Of a stretch of 64,000 bases of DNA, positions 12,881 to 26,550 are shown piece after piece. The stretch is taken from the NCBI GenBank assembly GCA_951406725.2, contig OX597828.1, positions 5,332,001 through 5,396,000 on the forward strand, written 5' to 3'. The position numbers and the translations under genes are program-made. This stretch comes from Octopus vulgaris (lineage: Eukaryota). Each line of letters opens with the position of its first letter. Positions within the stretch are counted from its first letter, which is position 1. The notes beneath the pieces are model-generated. The model ran no database searches, had not been told where the DNA came from, and worked only from the letters and a program-made list of their open reading frames with translations.

Positions 12881-14830
12881 ATATTTATATATATATATGT
12901 ATGTATATATGTGCGGTATTTTTTCAATTAGTTTTCATTTTTTTCAATTCTAACTTTTCTATTTCGTATTTGTTTTCAAATTATGATCTGAGCCATGATG
13001 TTAATCATCATTACAACTCTCTATTTTCTCCTTCAATTATTCCACGTAATATTTACTATGTTTTTACCAGTTCCTCTCAGTTTTCATGCTGAATTTCATG
13101 CCCATGTCATTTTCGTATTTATAATATATTAGTGGAATTTACTTAGCGAATTTCACTTCAACGACGAATTTTTGCGCTATATGTTCTGGTTCCATAAGCA
13201 TTCAGTGTTGTATCCCGCACCACCGTTGTACACTATATTATTCGGTGTTGTGTTTCGTCAATAGATTTTCATTTTCACTGCATATTTTCATAAGGTCTTC
13301 CATTTTCCGCATTTATGTAATATTTTTTCTTTCGAAGACTTTAAGATTGATTCAATAACGTATTTCTTTACAAGTGGTTACCATAAAAGAGGTGTTTCAT
13401 GTGCAGGGATCTTATGGTTTGCACATAATTAATATAATTCTCTCGCTACTCTTTCCTCTGGTGGTGATATAATATCATCTATTGCATACATTAGACCCTG
13501 AGCAACACATTTACCAAGAAAAATAGGTGATAATGAATATGCATTTATTTTAATATGTATGGCCTATATTCATTTCCGAGTCTCTTAGTAATTCAATATA
13601 TTAGGCTATAGATTTCAATTCAATTTCACCTATACATATACATACGTAGATAAATAGATAGAAAAACAGAAAAAGTGACTTAATTGCAATTTAAGGGGGA
13701 TAAATGCAATCAGCAGTTGGTAGGAGAGGTAAATAGTTTTGCGTAGTCTTATGGATAGAGCTACGGGATTGCATGGGCTTACATTATATATTTGGATTGT
13801 CTGCTGCTATTTCCTGAACAACGTCGCACTTATATACTATCTTGCATCAATAGAGTCGCTCTTGTACGTAAGTGGAGGAGTCGTGTAACTTTAGAAAGTG
13901 GTTGTAGTTTGGTAAGATAATGCGTATATCTCGTGTGTCGGTTAGTGGGTCGATGTGTGTGTATATGTGAATGTGCGTAATTATGGTTGTGTGCATATAT
14001 TAAAGTATGGATAATTAGGCACGGTGTAAGTGCGTGTGTGCGCGGTTACAGAACATTAATGCGTACACGTAGTAGGTTGATTGGCAGGTGATGTACATCG
14101 CCTGACCCACATTCTACTCCGGAAATTGTTATCGGTACACTCTTTGACTATCAGTCACCAAATCGTTTGGAGCCCATACAAAAAATTGACAATGAACGGA
14201 CCACTAGTATCATTGACTTCGGTTTACGACACGATATACTTGTACATGTGGGTGTTAGCATTGCTTTTGACAGCATTATTACTGTTGTTTTTGTCACTGC
14301 TGTTTATGCTGTGAGTAGAATTAATTAAGATATTGCAGCTTTAGAATTTGTTGATGATGATGTTTTCTCATATTTATGTTTACTTTAAAATCAGATAGCA
14401 TTTTATTTTACGAGTAAAATCGTGTGTCGTTTCCTGAATTTCATATTTTGTTATAATATAAAGAATATTTTGCTACTTCAAACTGATGAATACACATTGA
14501 TGTCAAAGATGAAGTAATTATATCAATTCATACTAAGGATTGCATGGTAACTTGTTCGCTAGCCACGGGTAATTTTCTTATTAAAGGAGTGATATTCCCA
14601 AAACGCAAAAATACAGAAAGAGGTGGCGTTTCAGATATTTTAATATACTTACTAATATTGTAGGAATAATTAATTGACAACATCTATTTCAGGTCAATTT
14701 GAAGGATGGAACGTAGTTATACTCACTGATGGATTTGGGCCGAGTATATAGAACAGACAAAACTCAGTTACAGCGCATCCAAAACCATTCAAATGGTATT
14801 AAATATGAAATTAAATTAAACCAAGTCCAG

Positions 14831-14978
14831 TTTATTTACTAAACTGATAATTACAATAATATGCATACATATTACATATTATGCTTTACAATTTGTATTT
14901 TATATTTTATATCTTATATGTAAAGCATAATATGTTATATGTATGTATATTATTGTAATTATCAGTTTAGTAAATAAA
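14831..14978. repeat. AT-rich inverted repeat, 60-bp arms, 28-nt spacer
   Basis: 14831-14890 is the reverse complement of 14919-14978 with 2 mismatches. Confidence 0.9.
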
Positions 14979-15304
14979 TAAGTTAACATACTATAATGTC
15001 TAAAAGTTGATGAACCATCTCTTGATCCCCTCCATTTTCTTATTGCTGTATAAATTAATGGTAAAATATATCTTTACCTTCACCCATTTAGTACACTAGG
15101 TAATGTAATTGCAATGCAATAAAAAACACTTGTGTATTAATAATTGGGTATTCTACGAGCTGTATATTGGATATATATTATCCCTTAGTTGGTTGGATTC
15201 ACAACCTCTAACTTTCTTGGAGTTTTATATATAAGTTAGACATGGCCTGGACCAATCTTTGGTTGAAACATATCTAAGTTTATTCATGTATGTATGTATG
15301 TATG

Positions 15305-15353
<49 letters not shown>

Positions 15354-17197
15354 ATATGTGTGTGTGTGTGTGTGTGTGCATGAACTAAAATTTGAAACGT
15401 GTAATTGTATAGGTTTTGTCTATATTCATTATATTGCATAGCAGGACTACATGGAACCGTTTTGCTTCTGAATCAACTCATAGAGGTGAAACGCATAGTA
15501 CACAGGTAGTTAGTCTTGTGTTACATACACGGTAATTATCTCTCAATGTTGCATTAGTTGTTTATAATACGTTGTTTAGTAACAATAAACGGCGTATTCT
15601 TGCGTTTGTCGTCGATAGCGTGTGAAGTTTATTAATTTAAAATGCATTATAATCAAAGTATAACATTCATAACACTGCAATATTGTGAAATATAATCCCG
15701 GGTACAAACGGTATCAATGTGCACTAGTTTAACAACAACGATTTTCCTTTAGTCATTTCACTCTGAGAAAACATCTAATTTTCCTGAATACATAAACTTT
15801 CTGTTAATTAATCTCATAATAGTGTTCAACGCATTTTGTCATGTGTTCTTTTTTTATCATCCATTTTCTGATATTCATATTGCAGTTTACATTTTTGTGT
15901 GACCCATATTTTCTGGTTTTGTAGACAGTATGTTCTTTTACCCTGCCTAAGTATATTATACTGATATTTGTTTACCTATCTCTTTATTCCTTCAGTATTG
16001 TTTGCGAGCATACATTAAACTGTTGCTTCAATATTTAGCTATATTTACCACAACGATCACTACCGAGTAGTTTACGATGAAAAGTTCAGTCTATTTTAAA
16101 AAATGTTTGCCCAATAGATTATGTAGAACATGAATTTGATTTTTATAAACTGGTTTATGAAACATTATTAATACATTTAATATGCTTCAAACCTAACACT
16201 GAAATTAAGTTAACATCAAAGTATTAAAGCATCAAACATACAGAATGCATTGTTTCTGAGAATATAAATACATGCACTAAGATGCAAGACTCAGAGAGAC
16301 AGAGAACTTAAACAGAGATACACATATTATCTAATGTAAGACAGAAATAATGAGATGCATTATTTGAAGTAGTACAGGTATATCATTTGAACTAGAATTT
16401 AAACTGTGGACTAGAATGTAAGACAACATTCGTAAACTATAAAATGTTGGTAATGATTGTTTTTTTCTTATGCACATTTGTTGTCTTGCATAGAATGAAA
16501 CATTAATCAAAGAGTTTCGAAATCTGACATAATCGTATTTCTTGTAATTCCATAAAGTATGTCTTTCCGTTTTTAAAGCCATATTTTGCTTTTACTAATT
16601 CGAGGCCGATGAATTACGTAGTTTATTCACCCTTTTCAGAGTTCGGTTACCTAGACGAATAGTGTGAATTTGAGAATATTCTGGCTCTGATTATGAGTTA
16701 TATTAGTTATATTTCGGTCACCGATTGTAGATTTTGGTCACTGATTGCAGACATAATACTACAAAATTTTGATAACTTATTTACTGTTGGTGATATTATA
16801 TTTGTCAAATGTTTGCACTTAAACATTAACTGGCAAACTTCTTCACTACACTGAATGGGTAGATGACTGTATGTATAAGCAAAATTTATTATCATTAGAT
16901 TTTATTACAACTATTACATAGTATACACGTACCAAAGTTACACACACACACGTGCTTGAGTGGTGTCTTCAATTTAGATTCGCACGAAGGGGATCACAAT
17001 GTTTCTGTTCATATAAAGCCGTCTTAAATTAGTAAAATACTGTGTAGTCCATTTCCCCCCCTTTTTTTAGCATGGAAACCTTCATTAGCGAGTGTGCCGA
17101 GTGACATTGCTGTTTACGTCGCTAGTTGTAAAATTTGTATTTGTAAGATCCTGTGTATGTTGTAATCTGCGATTTTTATCATGCACAGTAAAAAATG

Positions 17198-17485
17198 TTC
17201 AATGTAATATTTTGCGTGGAACTTAGGAGTTCTGCTACAGAGACCCTGAGCGTGCTTCGAAAAGCTGGCGGCGACACGGCAATGGGTCGCACGCTCTGTT
17301 TCGAGTGGAACGGGCGCTTGAAAAGCTTAAGACGTGCTAGGAAAGCGATGAGTGCCCTGGCAGACCAGCTATGAGCGTCACCCCAGGAAATTTGGTATCG
17401 TGGGTCGGGAATTCGTCCCCTAGGATCAGACCGTCAACCGAGTGTTCTACTGCAATGTTTTGAAGCAGGACATTCAGCGAAACCA
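17198..17485 (+). mobile_element. internally deleted mariner fragment
   Basis: NVIFCVEL..SATETLSVLRKAGGDTAMGRTLCFEW (HTH) fused to GIV.REFVP.DQTVNRVFYCNVLK. Confidence 0.75.
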
Positions 17486-19084
17486 ACGTTAAGTAAATGA
17501 CTAAATTTAAAATGGCACTTTGTGGGTTAATCCTAGACTCATCCGTGTAAAGGATATTCCTATACTCCTAAGAACATCTATCTTAAAGAACTAATATTTA
17601 AAATCAATGTATTCACCCATAGACTACGTTGGAAAGCCTACTAGTACGACAGGAAGTATGAACCAACTTATCCCGACACCAACACCATGAATGATAAGGA
17701 CCTTACCACCGGAATTTTCAGAACTCAAAGAACGCCACTACCAAACAGCTACCTTGATGCAATAACGTTAAAAACATCCCCTCATGCACAATGGAAAACA
17801 GGGGAAGCTAAACAACCTGATTCCCAAATTAAAATCTAAAAATGGAATAATAATACATTCAGATAAAGCAAGAACAAAAAACACTTACAACATGGGCATA
17901 AATACTTATCATGAACGTATCCATAGAGAAATCACAAATAAATATAAAGTAGTTCCTAGAAGGACTCTTCAAACAATCAAGTTAGATGTTAACAAAATTA
18001 TGACTGATTATAATATAGACAATAGAGCAGAACCTTTTACATCTGTTAGACCTCGTATCACAATTAAGGACCATAAAGATAACTTCTTAATTAACACCCA
18101 AGTTAATTTAATTTTCCCCAGTAAATAAGGTTCATGAAAACTTTGCAGGGCAATTTTAGATAAGTTCATAACCTACCCCTAGGAAAAAGAACAAACTTGA
18201 ATTATGGACTAGTTCCCAAAATGCAATAGGTTGGTTCTCTATTATACAACATAAAGATAAACATAAAGTTTTACAAATAGATATTCAAATTTACTCCTCC
18301 TCCATAAACCCTACTATCTAAAATAGTGTTCTTAGTGTTGCTTAGAACCACACTAAGATCAGCATGAAAGGAATCAGCGTAATCCTCACGGCCCGAAAGT
18401 CTAATATTGAATTTGATAATAAACTGTGGACAAGAAAGGATACCCCTAATTACTTTGATATAACGATGGTTTCCCCAGATTCAAAGGGAAGTGAATGAAC
18501 TTGTGAGAATATATCTACTAGGCAACCTAAATAAAGAATTCCCAGGATTTGGAGGAGGACCTCTACAGGGACAATGCACTTTTTTAAAAATTAGAAATAC
18601 CTCTAACACACGCCTAGAACTACTTAATAAACGTTTGTACAAAGTTTACGATAGATTTGGCCTTTCTATCACGATAGAGAATGAAAACTACTCAATAACC
18701 TACCTAGGCGTTAAGTGTAATTTTAATACGGGACTGCATGAAGCTTACATGAAACCAAACTGTAACTTAAAATATATACACCCTCTTAGTAATCACCCAC
18801 AATCGATAAAAAGTGCTCTTACAAAAGGCATTAGTAAAAGAATTTCTTATCTCTCTCCTAATGAGGATTTATTCAATAAACATAAAGAACAATAGAAGGC
18901 ACTAAAATGCAGGATAAAAAAGTAAAATTAAGTATATTCCATATAATGATATAATGACTAGTAATAATATTGATTACATCAATAGCAATAATAAGAAATA
19001 TAGAAATTTACATAAATTCAGCAATTAAGTACAGAAACCTATAGTCCCCAACACTAACAAGAAAAAGAAATTGCGACACCAACT

Positions 19085-19126
19085 ATAACAGCAATAATAA
19101 TAATGATAATAATAATAATAATAATG

Positions 19127-19157
<31 letters not shown>

Positions 19158-19159
19158 TG

Positions 19160-19193
<34 letters not shown>

Positions 19194-19222
19194 TAATAAT
19201 AATAATAATAGTAATAATAATG

Positions 19223-19319
<97 letters not shown>

Positions 19320-19344
19320 TAATAATAATAATAATAATAATACT
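19085..19344. repeat. (AAT)n microsatellite
   Basis: Direct reading; a second (AAT/GAT)n tract lies at 19590-19745. Confidence 0.95.
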
Positions 19345-19589
19345 ATCATAGTAGGTGCATTAGGTATGATAAAAAAATATTCAGACAAATACATAACAAA
19401 AACACCAGGACTTACAAACACATATAACATACAGAAAATTGCACTACTAGGCACTGCACACATCCTACGCAGAACACTTTCCATACAATAACCATCAGAG
19501 CATCACAACAAATCACAGCACATACCCAAGGCACACAGAGCTGCGCTCGGTAGTGAAGTGAAAGCACGCTATAAAAATAAAACTACTGA
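19345..19589 (+). mobile_element. 5'-truncated R4/Dong-clade non-LTR retrotransposon 3' end, inserted in (AAT)n
   Basis: IIVGALGMIKK...NIQKIALLGTAHILRRTLSIQ* (stop 19489-19491) is the typical R4/Dong C-terminus; 3' UTR ends aaaataaaactactg before (AAT)n. Confidence 0.8.
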
Positions 19590-19604
19590 ATAATAATAAT
19601 AATA

Positions 19605-19642
<38 letters not shown>

Positions 19643-19664
19643 AATACTACTACTAATAATAATG

Positions 19665-19738
<74 letters not shown>

Positions 19739-21889
19739 CATCATCATAATATAACTCCGAGAATGAAGCGCAGTGCAAATAATACCAACAATAACACTAA
19801 TCATAGCAACAATAACATACAATATTATAAGCAGGAACCTAATGGTAGCACCACTAATGGAGAGACTAACGTGTATAACATAGATAACAAGATGATAAAT
19901 ACAAATTAGCATAAACAAAGTATTCATCACTCGAAGAGTAATGAATGCTATGTGTCATATGGTGGGAATACTGGAAACCAAAAGATAGCAATTGGCTTAT
20001 ATTCCCGCATGCTCTACAAATTTAAACTGATTTAGTCAAATCTAAATTCAACACTATAAATATATACTTTGACTAGAATAGTAGGTACTCGCAAATTATT
20101 AATAGAAAACAATAAAGATGGGTTAAAGTCTGACACATAACTTAGCTAGCACCCTGCCTAGATAATAAAAAAAACTAGATACTTTTTTAATCAGATAGTA
20201 GTAATAATAATAACAATATCAATAATAACGATAATAATGATAATAAATATTACAACCGCGATAACCAGCCCAAGCATAGAAATGATAACACCAACAGCTA
20301 TAAAAACCTTTTTTAATTATAATGCACCTCATAATAATTCATGTCTATACACCAATCCAGTAGTAAGTAACTATTCCCCATAATACAACCTATGTGACTT
20401 CAGAAAAAGAGATAATTGCACCCTTAATAACACTTTAACATTTGTAAAAGAAAAAAAATGTAATTTACCAGTGCACAGTCACAACACAGTTTAGTAAGGA
20501 CCTATGTATAGGGGATACCCAAAACGAAATGAAGCGGAGATTAGCCGCACATTTACACACTTTCAGAAATAGAGGTAAGATTAGCACAATCAGATTAAGT
20601 AAATATATTTGGGAGCTTAGAGATAGACATTAGTTTTGATTTAGAATGAAAATTCTTTGCCTCTGCACCTTCACACAATGTAAAAATAAGAAATGCTACT
20701 TGTGCATCCTTGAACAATTTTCCTATTAAAGGCTAGACACCCATTACTTAACTCAAGGGAAGAGTGATACACAAGGGTAAATTTGCTTTCTCTAGATACA
20801 GATAATTTTAGGGGCATCTAATGTGCATCTTCTCCATTAACGGCACCCATAGTTCTTTACCATAGAAATATTAGAGTTCGATTCTAAATATTGCCATAAA
20901 CTACCTTGCAATTAAAATTTGGTTAATAGATTTACTTACCCAGACCCCCTTTTACATAACCCATCAATGATATCCTAACATTGAACCTATCTGAGTTTAA
21001 AGACCCCCATCTCCCACACATAATAACTAAATTATGTTATATTGCACCGTTTTACTACTCCTCAATATAACCTTTACACCCTCTTATAATCATATGATGC
21101 CAGTTCTCTTAAGTCTTAACACAAATTTAGACTATCGAATGCACGAATATCCATTCCCCTACCATACCCCACTTGATAAATATCTTGATCCTCCACCATA
21201 CTAATGAATGAATTTGTCTGTTTTTGTAACATACATTCCATACTCATTGTTGGTTTGCTTGACTTTAATTTATTCTAGACCTCTTACAATTTTAAATTGT
21301 AATCATTAATCTAATTACCGATATTTTCTTTTACTTATTTAATCTTTACTCATCTGACTAAAACCTATTGGCGTATCCCACTATTATCTTTTTTTTATCA
21401 TTTATCTATCTTATCCCTCCCCGTACAAAGGATTAATCCACCAAATACTATTTTAAGTTTAGTCATTAACTTAACATCACAAACAGATACACAAACAAAA
21501 TAGTATGATTCCAATCATATTCAACTGTTCCTTTTTCCTACTCTAGTCTTATCGTTTTATTGCTTCTTCATTCTGATGAAGTTCCATGTTTCAGATCGGT
21601 TTTATTAACAAATATGATAATATTTGGTAATAAACACACAAACTCTCTCTCACTTTCTCCCCATTCCTCACCTTCTTTTACTATCGAATATCTCTCTCCA
21701 GCTCTGCACACTCAATAATACTATAAAAAGAGACGAACCCGCTTAAAAAATTCAAATCTGAAGAATCTACTGCAGTAGATGCTAGTGCTAATATATGATT
21801 TCTAAAAACATATGGCATATTAATAAAAATCGTATGTATATATATATACATACATACGAACATATACATACACACACACACACACACAT

Positions 21890-21937
<48 letters not shown>

Positions 21938-22446
21938 AAACAAGTCAAAATAGAAAATGCTAAAATAATTTTATAAAACCAGGATGAATATCCCCTTCAA
22001 TCTAGCAAAAAGGATATGCACTATAGTTTCTAATGCAAACACCAGAGACACACGACTACAAGAACTAAAAGATACCCTTATCACCAGGAACTACCCACCT
22101 TCACTTATTGACATGTGCATTCAACGTGCATTCAACTTAACATCAAGGAACTGAGACATCCCAAATCAAAGAAAAACTTACGACCAAAAGCCTTACCATA
22201 CATCTCCACACACAACCCTCTCAATAATGAAGCCTTCGGCACCATCCTCCACAACATACCCCTCCTAAAAAAAGACCACAGTATGAACACAATCCTCCAA
22301 ACACACACGATCATAAAAAGCAAGAGACAGCCTAAATCTATGAAAAGTCTCCTAACACAAGCCCGAATACAAGACCCAATTGCGGGATATGCGATTATCT
22401 AATTGAGGGATCAGAGTTCTCCTTCAAACAGGGACAACGGTTTACA

Positions 22447-22833
22447 GTGAAAATCAGCTTCACATGTGCTTCGGAGAACCTGATATACACACTAACCTGC
22501 TCTGGGTGTCAAGAGGAGTACATAGGCCAAACAAAAAATAGTTTGCGTAAAAGAATGGCCCTGCACAGATCCCAGATAAAAATTCCCCAAAACAGAAAAA
22601 TAGCTTTCAGCCAACACATAGATACTTGCGCCAACAACAAAACACCAGGCTTCAGGATTTTCCCCCTCTACCAATTTAGGGACGATACAACCTCGAGACA
22701 ACGAATAAGTAAAGAAACTCTCTTTATTACAAAATACAGGCCACTTCTTAACGGGTCTACGACAACAGAAATACACACACAAATATTACATTCCAAAGAA
22801 TCCATTACAAATCAGCCCCAATCACAGCTATAA
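22447..22833 (+). pseudogene. GIY-YIG endonuclease domain of the Penelope-like element
   Basis: ORF 22447..22833: LIY...C..C...YIGQT...R...H and E..FI..Y.P.LN; upstream frame disrupted. Confidence 0.85.
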
Positions 22834-23470
22834 TCCATAACGTGCCAACTTCAAGTCATACAACACCTCACTACTTTCACTCATTCATATTCACCCTTCT
22901 CTTTTTTCTTCTTCTTCCCCTTCTTCTTCATCATCATCATTATCATCATCATCGTCGTCATCATCATCACCATCATCATCATCTTCTTCTTCACCTTCTC
23001 CTTCTTCTTCTTCTTCTTCTTCTTCTTCTTCTTCTTCTTCTTCTTCTTCTTCTTCATCATCATCATCATCATCATCATCAACATCGTCATCTTCTTCTTC
23101 TTCTCCTTCTTCTTCTTCTGCTCCACCTTCTACCTCTTAACTTTATCACTAATGCTTTTTAGTATAACACCTACGCAAATTCCATAAACAGACCTTTCAA
23201 TAGAAATATTCTCCTGAATTGAACTGCAACTGCTAGTCGTCACTGACCATTCAAAATACGACCATCAAGACTCCCATATTTTTCCACCCCTCTCCTCATC
23301 AAACGTCTTCTTCTTCTACCCTACCAAGAATTCACAACGGCCTCGAACACACAAGTGGAAACAAGGGAGACAGAGAAAGGCAGAATGCCACTTATATTTG
23401 AACACTATACAAATATTCCTTTAAAAAAACTTTTCTTTTAATTTTTCTAAATTTAATTATTTAATCGTTA

Positions 23471-23508
23471 CAGTTGAAAAGGTCTCAAAATGACCGAAAC
23501 CGGTACTG
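23471..23508 (+). ncRNA. minimal hammerhead ribozyme with U3-A8 compensated core
   Basis: cag-TTGAAAA-ggtc/tcaaaat/gacc-GAAA-CCGGTA-ctg; palindromic ACCGGT stem III; located in the PLE 3' pLTR. Confidence 0.65.
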
Positions 23509-24498
23509 AAATGTTCTTTATAAAATTAGTTTAGCATTTTCTATTTTGACTTGTTTTTTCATATATATTAACTCGTGTATTCCTTTTCACCCTTATACAT
23601 ATATATATATACAGTAAGGTGAGGTGACACTGTTGCCAAAAACGTTCAAAAGACAGTAAATCAAAGCACCATATATGGCATTTAGAGATAAGTCACGAGA
23701 AAAAAAATAAGCTCATCTCCCAGAAGTAAACGTTAATTGCAAGCGTTTAGAAATAAGTGCGGTTGTAACACATTTATATACACTAAGAAAGTCAATTCGC
23801 GAAACCAATTCATTGAAACACTATTTGTTTATAACTTTTCCTTCATGTATATATACTCTAGCTGTTACGCACTTCAAAGTGTGCCTTATACACCCTAAAT
23901 ACTGTTCTATATCTACAGAAATGTCCATATACTCTTTAAACATGCATGTTTTCCCACAAAAACTGCATTTCTTCTGTATCGAATGTAAATGCCCGAAACG
24001 TTAAGTAATATTATCTTTGATTCTTATGCTGCCGTAGACCACTTTTTGTGCATGAAAATTTCATTTCTAATATTCTTCTTCATAATTATAGTAATGCATC
24101 TTCATGCAGAACATTACATAAATTACAAAAAAATACTTTGTGAGCTGGTATTTATAATTTCATTTAAAGCATTATTCACCACATTTATTATTCTGCTTTA
24201 TACTGTAATCATATCAGTAATACGGAAACCTATAAATGCATTAAAATAGCTATTACATATATGTAACGTTTTGTTTTCTTGTAAGACTACTATCATATTC
24301 TAGTTAACATTTCAAGTCAATATTGTTAGCATCAAAGCCAATATCAATATTACGATTTGCGTTTTATAGAGATAAACGATATTTTTTTCTAAAGACATCA
24401 AGACGTTGGATACTTTACGTAAGAAAAGTGATATTTACCACATTATGTCATTGATTCGCCATTCTTCTAAAAATATAATGTACACACATACACACACG

Positions 24499-24535
<37 letters not shown>

Positions 24536-24541
<6 letters not shown>

Positions 24542-24636
24542 TATATAGAAGGAGCTTCTATATAATAAATTAATTTTACTCTGCTATGTATTGAGTACCT
24601 TATTTACTGTGGTTAACCCCGAATCAACCCGGGACC

Positions 24637-24640
<4 letters not shown>
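24536..24640 (+). mobile_element. fold-back element, collapsed copy (16-bp arms)
   Basis: atttattatatagaag-gag-cttctatataataaat plus the same 70-bp unique tail as the 37215 and 47113 copies; flanked by (TA)n. Confidence 0.8.
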
Positions 24641-24677
<37 letters not shown>

Positions 24678-24787
24678 CACACACACACACATATACATAT
24701 ATATGTATGTATATATATATACATATACATATGTACATATATATGTATATGTGTATATCTATCTTTCTATCTCTTTCTCTCTCTCTC

Positions 24788-24882
<95 letters not shown>

Positions 24883-25930
24883 CAATATTGGTCTCAGGAG
24901 ATATTCAGTTCCACTATAATAATTGAATGTTTACCACCTCCAACCCAAATTAATCGTTTAGGCTGATATAATTTTTTAACTGATGATATCAATATCAAAT
25001 AAACTGTATCAGTTAATATCGACAATTCAATTTCGTTTCCAAGTTCACTAATCATATTACTAACTCATAGAAGATAGTCTGAAGTTCGAACTTTAGAATT
25101 TTCAATGAAATATATGATGTTGGCGTTACAATTTTTTTGTTTCATTTTGAAATTTTCCTGCCCAAGATTATTAAGTAACATCAAAGGTTAATGACCTCTA
25201 TAAAGTTATTTCGAAAACAATACTTCTTTCAACTAATTGCCTGACATTCGAGGTTATATTTTTCCTTTCTTTTGTTTGATGGATAATTGTTCAATCGATA
25301 GACTTCTATTGTCGCGATAAAGCAGAGGCATTAGTAATAATAACTGCCACAGTCAATTATTCTATAATAAAGAATGAAGTCAAACGTAGTTAATAAAAAC
25401 GTCTTCAACATATTACTCACAATTTCCCCCACGTTAGATACATTAGATTTTCTTTAAAAACGAAATAGAAATAAAAGAATTGAAGTCCAATGAGAAAGTG
25501 ATAAAATTAGATTTAAAATCCCTAAAAAATTACCATTTTAATTCTAAGTAATAGGTTAATTTTTTTCGTGAATACGCCATAAAATTTTCGCATTCTAATA
25601 AATGTTCCTAAATTTGCATAATTTTTAAATAGAAATCTATATTGGCTTAATACATTTCCCTCATGTTGGTCTGCAGACTGTTTCTTTCTTAATTATTTCA
25701 AGACTTATTTTTCAACGATTACTAGAACTTAGAGTGTAACATCATTCAGACATTGAATTTAATGATTATGATGCCAGTGAAACAAATGTCAGAGAAACTT
25801 TATCTTATGCAGCTGTTGCGTTTCTAAATAAAATCATGCTTTATTTTACAATCTTTAGTTTTTGAATTCTTCTCAGGGATTAGGGATAGCATAGAAGTGA
25901 ATGAAACTACATTGCATGTAGCAAACATTC

Positions 25931-26099
25931 TGTTGTGTGGACGCTCCCAGACGACGAAGTAGGTTAGCCCAATATGTAGATATAGAAGGAGAAGCCTAGA
26001 CGTCAGGAGCCCAGCTGTGTAGACTAGAGTAGGAGAAGAGTAGCGGTAAGAGAGAGTTGAGAGCAGAGTAGTAGAGGCATCCGAACGTGCGACATAACA
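25931..26099. mobile_element. solo LTR, 169 bp
   Basis: TGTTGTG...CATAACA termini and perfect 5-bp TSD CATTC (25926-25930 and 26100-26104). Confidence 0.75.
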
Positions 26100-26365
26100 C
26101 ATTCATGATAGGATCTGTTTTATCTTGTAATCTATTGTTTCATCTATAAAATACAATGAACATAGAAAAGCAATTGCTTTGAAGCATATGTAGAGATGCA
26201 TATGTTATTTAGAAATTTTATTTAACAACACATTATTAATTAAAAATGCAAGATTATCATGCATCGATACTCTTTGTCATAACAATGTGTTTCATCTCAA
26301 ATTCTATATATATATATCACAGAACTGAAAAATTTTGTAATATGTCGATATATGTACAACGTAAA

Positions 26366-26550
26366 GGCGGCGAGCTGGCAGAATCGTTAGCTTGCCTGGA
26401 AAAATGCTTAGTTCAAATTCCGCCTAGGACGACTTAGCTTTTCTTCCTTTAGGCTCGATAAAATAAATACCAGTTGAGTATTGTGATCAATAGAGTCGAC
26501 TTGCCTTCCTTCTAGAACTTGCTGTCCTTGAGCCAAAAGTTGAAACCAAT
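26366..26550 (+). mobile_element. family A SINE
   Basis: ggcggcgagctggcagaatcgttagc ... gttcaaattccgcc ... gataaaataaataccagtt. Confidence 0.75.

Larger units (their letters stand above)
17500..21680 (+). mobile_element. near full-length decayed Penelope-like element (RT + C-terminal GIY-YIG; Naiad-like motifs)
   Basis: HRLRWKA, PRITIKDHKDNF..NLIFPSK, FDITM, LYRDNAL (RT YxDD-like), YMKPN..YIHPLSNHP; endonuclease IYQCTV..IGDTQNEMKRR..H..LSKYIWEL and KCYLCILE; partial HHR at 21570. Confidence 0.85.
21931..23563 (+). mobile_element. 5'-truncated Penelope-like element (Neptune-type GIY-YIG) with inverted terminal segment
   Basis: NIPFNLAKRICTIVS, PYISTHNP, FTCASENLIYTLTCSGCQEEYIGQTKNSLRKRMALHR; 47-bp inverted repeat 21931-21977/23517-23563; HHR at 23471. 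Confidence 0.9.

Noticed and set aside
23968-24005. ctt...gcccGAAACGTT-aag hammerhead-like 3' half
   Set aside because: No CUGANGA core or stem II partner; too decayed to call
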